A stretch of DNA of 60,292 bases from Andalucia godoyi And28. Taxonomy: Eukaryota; Protista; Jakobida. Under the pieces are notes generated by a model. That model did no database searches. It was given only the letters and a program-made list of their open reading frames with translations, and had not been told where the DNA came from. The DNA lies in the NCBI GenBank assembly GCA_009859145.1, contig VRVR01000026.1:157849-218140 (forward strand). Direction: 5' to 3'. Below are positions 55,211-60,292 of the stretch, piece by piece; the first letter of the stretch is position 1, and each line of letters begins with the position of its first letter. Made by a program: the position numbers and the translations under genes.

Positions 55211-55775
55211 CGTTCTCTTTATTTTATTGTAAAATGTTTAGGTGTGTCTTTATTTTCAAAACTCTATCACACTGCATAGTCTCAGAATCATTGTTGAGAA
55301 GCAGTGCGTGCAGCACCTTGATTGTGAGCGAGACGCGTTTTTCGCGGACGCCCACGAGGCCTGCGTCGTAGATCCAGCGCGCTGCGCCGAGCCACCTTCG
55401 CAGAACTGCTCTCTGGCTCGTCGACGGGTGCATCTTCACTTTCACTGCTCTCACCGCGGACTCTGTTGCGTCAGTTTTCGGCGCTGCGCTGTCCGTTGTG
55501 GCGGGCAACGAAGCAGGTGATGATGGCAAGCAGATCGTCTGCGAGGCAGTGCATGCGATGGGAGCCGGCGTGGATGCTGCAGATCGTTCCGGCGGCGGTC
55601 CAGCGCCAGAAGGTGGCGGTGGAGATGTCATGGGTCTTGCGCAGCGTTGCGGACGTGACGGACATGGGGCGTTGCATGGACAATATAAGAAATGAGCGTC
55701 GCTGTGCGAGGATGCAACGCGGCTGCGTGTGTATAGGGACATCATGATCAAAACGGGGCGAAACGAATCGGGCAT
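55060..55775 (-). mobile_element. Truncated Fanzor/TnpB (IS605/IS607 OrfB-type) N-terminal fragment, copy 3
   Basis: VRAVKVKMHPSTSQRAVLRRWLGAARWIYDAGL...LHALLLNNDSETMQ (from 55454) matches HTH_OrfB_IS605/Fanzor N-termini; the ORF stops at 55224, followed by (AG)n and hairpins at 55062-55129. Boundaries are approximate. Confidence 0.8.
55132..55208. repeat. (CT)n microsatellite, about 38 units
   Basis: Read directly. Confidence 0.97.
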
Positions 55776-56111
55776 CGTGTGACGGAGTTGCTAAGATAGC
55801 CAACGCATGCGCATGGCGCGTGGCAGTGTTTTTGGTTTGCGTGCGCCTTAGATTGCTTCATCATATCGCAACAAGTGGCTACGGCGGAAACAATTTCAAG
55901 CTACCAGCTTTGCCAAAATGCCGATGTCCATGGCTCTGTGCACATGAGATCAGGACGAGGAGAGCGCGCACCCAATTTTTTAAATTATTTTATTTGAAAA
56001 GGAAACGTGTGCTGAACCTTGGGAGGATAGCCTGCATACTCGTGCTTGTGGCTGCACAAAACAGGTTGCGATTGCAATTGTCAGACAGCGACGAATCATA
56101 GCCAGGGATCA

Positions 56112-57884
56112 CTATTGTACAGAATAAGGGCGAAGAGGCAGCGGCAGCTCCAAAGGAAGCATCCCTGTGTTCAGCAGACAAAGCACGGTGACCAGGGATA
56201 AACCCAGGCAAAACCAGAACCGAAAACTTTTCTGTCTGCATTCAGACGAGCACATTGTTCGGACCCGATCAGGCAGCGAAAACGCAGGAATGGCCTTGTA
56301 TCGTTCGAATCCATGTGGTAGTGAAGAGAACCAGTCCTGTTGAACAGACTCCTTCCGCAGATAAACAATCAACAGCAGATCAGCGTCAGCATCCGTCCCT
56401 GCATCAGGCTGCACAACGTCGTAGCCAGGAATGTCTTTTTTGGACGTGAAAATCAGTTCAGCTCCCGGAGGAAGCATTTGCTTCAGGGCTGAGACCGAAG
56501 AAAACGAAACCCGCGCAAGCCCATGAATTGGAATGACAAAATGCTCACTGTGTTCCTCAATATGCTGCGACAGAATCATTCGGCGTGCATCCTCGTCAAA
56601 AACAGAGAACAGCGCGTTCTGCAGGGCGTAGACCCCGTAAATTAACGACTGGAAATCAGACATGCTCGAATCCGAATTGCTCATTAATGGATGGGACAGA
56701 AAATCCAACGAACGTTCCACCACATCGCCCGACGCTTCAAAAGACAAGCCACAGAGCAAAGATTGGATGCGAGAATGCTCAGAAAGATACTCGACGTGCG
56801 ATCTTTCTTTCCCGCAGATGTAAACTGCAGATGCAAACATGCCATTCAAATCACGATTCCAAGAAAATCCCGAGCTGTTCGCTTCCGCAGGCTTGTCAAC
56901 AGTCCCTGAGGACCCAGCAGCGGTCGCATCGCTGTCTGTCTTTGTCATTTTTTCCTTGGAAGGCTTTTTCTTCGATTTCTCTGCGTTAGCGAGACTTGCT
57001 GTTGGGCGAGGAGACTGGTCCGATGCTTTAGATTTCAGCACGTCCGAGGACCTCACAAGGTTCACATAAGTCCAAAGCACTCGGAGAGACTCCAGAGTAC
57101 CACACCAATGCCCAATCATGGCAACGGCAAACATTCCGCAAACGCACGTCTTGATCAAAGCCGCAAAGATGTGAAATTTCGAATCCAAAGCGGATTGCGA
57201 GAAAGAATCAGAAAAAATGACGAACGCAAACCGCGGAACAACAAGAAATGTGGACATCGAAACGAGCAAGAAACACAAATGAGCCCCGATTCCATAAATG
57301 GACACAATACCAGCAGTCAAGAATGCATTGGACAGACTGTGAACCAGCATCCACAAGTCAACAACGGAGAAGAGCAACAGAGACTGCGACGGTGGGATTG
57401 TGCTCGTAACCACCACCAAAACCACAGCAGCTCGCAGAATTCCAAAAAAGACCGCCGAAAGTCTTGTTTTGACCGATGGAGGACGGAAGAGGACCGCAAC
57501 AGAGGAGGCAAACAACGCGTGCGCGAACTGCAATACAAAGTAAAGTCGCAACGACGATATTCCAGAGTGCGCAATGTTGGGATCGGCTTTTTCTTCCTCG
57601 AACAACAGGCTCAATGAAAAGTAGTTATCAAGAAGGCTGTTCAGCCTTTCGTGAAATAAGATGCTTCCACTAGCACACACAACACCCGCAAACAGCAGCA
57701 GTGCATGAGAGAAGAACAAGAATTCGTGGTGGAAGAAGGATTTGGTAGATAATACAGCTTTCGAGGAACTGTGCAAGCCAAACGCAGTAATGACAAGAGA
57801 GGAGCCGAAAAACAGAACAACCAAATACAAAAGAGACACTGACGCATAAGCTAGACTCAGCACGGAGATCGCAGAACCAATCAT
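56112..57884 (-). CDS. Multi-pass membrane protein (590 aa): TRAM/LAG1-like N-terminal TM domain, Lys/Ser linker, soluble C-terminal domain and terminal TM
   Basis: About 7 hydrophobic segments; LRLYFVLQFAHALF resembles the TLC 'KFFYISQLAYW' motif. The ORF is solid; the family call is tentative. Confidence 0.6.
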   Translation of the reverse strand: MIGSAISVLSLAYASVSLLYLVVLFFGSSLVITAFGLHSSSKAVLSTKSFFHHEFLFFSHALLLFAGVVCASGSILFHERLNSLLDNYFSLSLLFEEEKADPNIAHSGISSLRLYFVLQFAHALFASSVAVLFRPPSVKTRLSAVFFGILRAAVVLVVVTSTIPPSQSLLLFSVVDLWMLVHSLSNAFLTAGIVSIYGIGAHLCFLLVSMSTFLVVPRFAFVIFSDSFSQSALDSKFHIFAALIKTCVCGMFAVAMIGHWCGTLESLRVLWTYVNLVRSSDVLKSKASDQSPRPTASLANAEKSKKKPSKEKMTKTDSDATAAGSSGTVDKPAEANSSGFSWNRDLNGMFASAVYICGKERSHVEYLSEHSRIQSLLCGLSFEASGDVVERSLDFLSHPLMSNSDSSMSDFQSLIYGVYALQNALFSVFDEDARRMILSQHIEEHSEHFVIPIHGLARVSFSSVSALKQMLPPGAELIFTSKKDIPGYDVVQPDAGTDADADLLLIVYLRKESVQQDWFSSLPHGFERYKAIPAFSLPDRVRTMCSSECRQKSFRFWFCLGLSLVTVLCLLNTGMLPLELPLPLRPYSVQ

Positions 57885-58339
57885 TTTCTTTCAAATATTG
57901 TTTCCCCTGGATCTCTCCCGCACAATCGCCAAGCGGCAGCTAGCTCCGGCTTGACGAAGGAAATAGAATTTGGGAGTATATGCTTTGGAATATCAAAAGA
58001 GCCGTAATGAGACGATCTTGCGGAGTGTTCTTGCGTGCGAACAGTGCAAGTCGAAGAAGCAAGCAGCCGAGAACGTGTCCGACTGAGAGAACCTTGCGAG
58101 CCGACCAGAGGACAAAAAGAGGCAGTAGAACGCTGAACAGGGCGCCAAATGCCCTTCCACCGAGAAGTTGTCTACAGTCGGCCGAGCCCGACAGCCCGCA
58201 GTCCGCCAAAACAATCTCCAGACCTGTCCTCCCCGCCCAGCTGCCATTTCATTTGTGTGTTCACTTCTGCAAACACAAGCTGGGGAGTCCGGAAAACATA
58301 TTCCAAAAGACTGCTGTGAAGTGTGGGCATCTGGAGATA

Positions 58340-58801
58340 ATGCGAGTGCTGACTGCTATTTCTTTTGGAGCGCTGTTTCTTTCAGCGTCTGCTGGCATCC
58401 TGTTGAGCGGTCTGATTCTTGCGGAAGATAATCCATGGGAAATGAACAAGGCATACGACTATGACCATATTCTGCAGACTTTTGATCAGACAGCTCTTCG
58501 TGAGATCATGTACGCGCATTATCGATTTATTTCACTTACACTCTACCTTGCCGCAGCACTTGTTCTTCTGATCATCTTTGCTGCTCCAAAATCACGGCCG
58601 CTCATTTTCCTGACTCTCGCAACTGTCTGTGTGTACATGACTGCACTGCAACAATATTTTGAGCCCATTCCGAAATTTGAAGACCATCGAAGGCTATTCT
58701 GGGCCGCATATGCATCAAACATGGCGGGCCTGGTTGCGTACACACTCCATCTGATCTATCGCTGGTTTCGCGGACCTGTACAAAAGCCGAAACAATCTTA
58801 G
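58340..58801 (+). CDS. Small hypothetical membrane protein (153 aa, about 4 TM)
   Basis: The hydrophobic, protein-like part of ORF 57980-58801 begins at the ATG at 58340. Confidence 0.65.
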   Translation: MRVLTAISFGALFLSASAGILLSGLILAEDNPWEMNKAYDYDHILQTFDQTALREIMYAHYRFISLTLYLAAALVLLIIFAAPKSRPLIFLTLATVCVYMTALQQYFEPIPKFEDHRRLFWAAYASNMAGLVAYTLHLIYRWFRGPVQKPKQS

Positions 58802-58922
58802 TTGATGACCCTTCCGCGACTTGTTCGTTCTCTCTCACTGGCGCTGGCTCTGGTGCCGTCCGTTCTCTTTTGTAAAATGATTACATGATATAATCAACCA
58901 CAAACAAGCAAGATCACTACTC

Positions 58923-59846
58923 TCACGGAGAACTGGTCGCAGATTGCCGCTGGCTTGCAACACGATGCATGAGCTGGAATTCGAGACCGTGAATCCTCCT
59001 TCGTTGCATCTCACACAGCTTTCTCAAGACGTGATTTTCTGCAGCATAGTCTGTCGGATCTGCACTCTGACTGGTCGGCGCTGGACATGCCGCGGCAGAC
59101 GCTGCCCTTGATTCAGATTGCCATCGAACAGTCTCCACAACACTTCGTTCTCGAAGCCTCTCAAGAAAGACCGAGTCCACGAGCTGGTCAAACCGATCTT
59201 GCAGTTCATCCAGCGAAGCCTGTGCCGAGATTTGACTCGCAAACTTTGAATTCATCTTCTGTGCAATCATCCTTAGCTTCTCGTTGACAGATTTCTTCAG
59301 TTCTCGGACGTGCCGTTGAAACATGGAGAGCAAGATCTGCGGTTCGACGTATTTTGTGCACGTCTGCATTCCTGCGTTAGCTTTTGCAATCACCACCACA
59401 TCTTCTTCAATTTCATCCGTCTGGGTCCACGTTTCCAGGACTTCAACCAACATGATCGGAGCTGGCGCTGCAGGTGGTAGTGGCACTACCGCCGGAGCTG
59501 GAAGTTTTTGTGCTGGTTGCGCAACCGGAGAACGACTGAAGGCGGGAGAATTCAGAGGCTTTCGAGTCTGAGAGGGCGACGAAGATCGTACCCGTGGAGA
59601 GAGTTTCGTCCCGCTATCCATATCCGTGTTTTCTGTTTGGCACACTGCATCTCGCACAGTGGATCGCACGTTCGTAGACAGAGAGGAGAAGGACGACGAC
59701 GACGACGATGATGATCGCACAAGACATCTGCGCCGCTCTGCATCCAATTGATCTCGCAAATGAGCCACGATTTCGGCATGTTGTCGTCTTTCCTGCGCCA
59801 ATTGTCGTTCCAGATACTCAATCTTGAGCGCCAGCACATTCGACAT
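58923..59846 (-). CDS. Hypothetical coiled-coil protein with a Ser/Pro-rich linker (307 aa; may have upstream exons)
   Basis: Heptads LKIEYLERQLAQERRQH and ENHVLRKLCEMQRRRIHGLEFQL; ATG at 59846. Confidence 0.65.
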   Translation of the reverse strand: MSNVLALKIEYLERQLAQERRQHAEIVAHLRDQLDAERRRCLVRSSSSSSSSFSSLSTNVRSTVRDAVCQTENTDMDSGTKLSPRVRSSSPSQTRKPLNSPAFSRSPVAQPAQKLPAPAVVPLPPAAPAPIMLVEVLETWTQTDEIEEDVVVIAKANAGMQTCTKYVEPQILLSMFQRHVRELKKSVNEKLRMIAQKMNSKFASQISAQASLDELQDRFDQLVDSVFLERLRERSVVETVRWQSESRAASAAACPAPTSQSADPTDYAAENHVLRKLCEMQRRRIHGLEFQLMHRVASQRQSATSSP

Positions 59847-60200
59847 TTCTCGTCCGGTGGACGACCTTATCCAACAACGAACCAAAATGAGAAAAAAGCA
59901 CAGCGCGCGAGAAGCTCCAACCTGCCAATTTGCAGTCTTGGATGCTTTTCCCCCTGCAACGTCGAAACGCTCCTCCAGCTTTCCCTTCCTGTCGAACAAA
60001 ATGGGGGTACAATAGGCAGCCTGTGCAGGATAGGCATCGGTTCCTCGGATGATGCTTGACGCTACCAGTTTCGCATCTTGGTTTGCTAAAATTCTCCAGC
60101 GTTCGCAAATCGTTTTTCTTGTTTGGATTTCTCCTGTTTTTTTAATACATTCTTCATCATCATCGTCCTTTTTCTTAATTTTTTTGGTTGCGTTTGCGTT

Positions 60201-60203
<3 letters not shown>

Positions 60204-60237
<34 letters not shown>
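60204..60237. repeat. (GT)n microsatellite
   Basis: Read directly. Confidence 0.95.
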
Positions 60238-60241
<4 letters not shown>

Positions 60242-60292
60242 GAACGATTGGTTCATTTCGGCTTGTAGAATTGAGCAGGATGCTTCGTTTCC

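Noticed and set aside
59818-60150. Open frame upstream of the last coiled-coil gene with a possible intron near 59866-59921
   Set aside because: Splice phases do not join it cleanly to the coiled-coil frame; it could be the end of another gene, and this is unresolved at the window edge.
1-60292. tRNA, rRNA, CRISPR arrays and telomeric arrays
   Set aside because: None recognised by eye; the repeats seen are microsatellites or TE relics without spacer structure.
1-60292. Many 60-170-aa ORFs overlapping the real genes on opposite strands or in other frames
   Set aside because: Shadow ORFs of long CDSs or translations of low-complexity tracts; no independent motifs.

Overview
Gene-dense eukaryotic (protist-like) genomic DNA with about 29 protein-coding genes, short spliceosomal introns (about 65-180 nt, mostly GTATGT/GTACG donors), short intergenic gaps and several microsatellites. 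TTC12- and OSCP1-like genes suggest a flagellated organism (inference). Recognisable genes: TLC-domain protein, importin-alpha-like, FAN/NSMAF, RpiA, NPC1, a CDF zinc transporter, ORC5, PEX7-like, OSCP1, metallophosphoesterase, gluconokinase, TTC12, an MGRN1/LOG2-type RING ligase, TMEM19 and a GNAT. Main highlights: (1) NPC1 appears split into two genes about 11 kb apart, a core lacking the N-terminal domain (19.7-22.8 kb) and a stand-alone signal peptide + NPC1 N-terminal domain + TM1 gene (33.8-34.7 kb), each with its own dileucine-type tail motif; (2) three decayed Fanzor/TnpB-like RNA-guided nuclease relics (23.2-24.0, 36.3-37.2, 55.0-55.8 kb), mostly invisible in the ORF track, each with hairpin clusters where an omegaRNA would lie; (3) a CDCA3/Tome-1-like protein; (4) a mitochondrial PEPCK-like pseudoenzyme, an ORC5 with a degenerate Walker A, a pogo relic and several bacterial-looking genes. 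All family assignments are by-eye motif recognition; no database searches were run.
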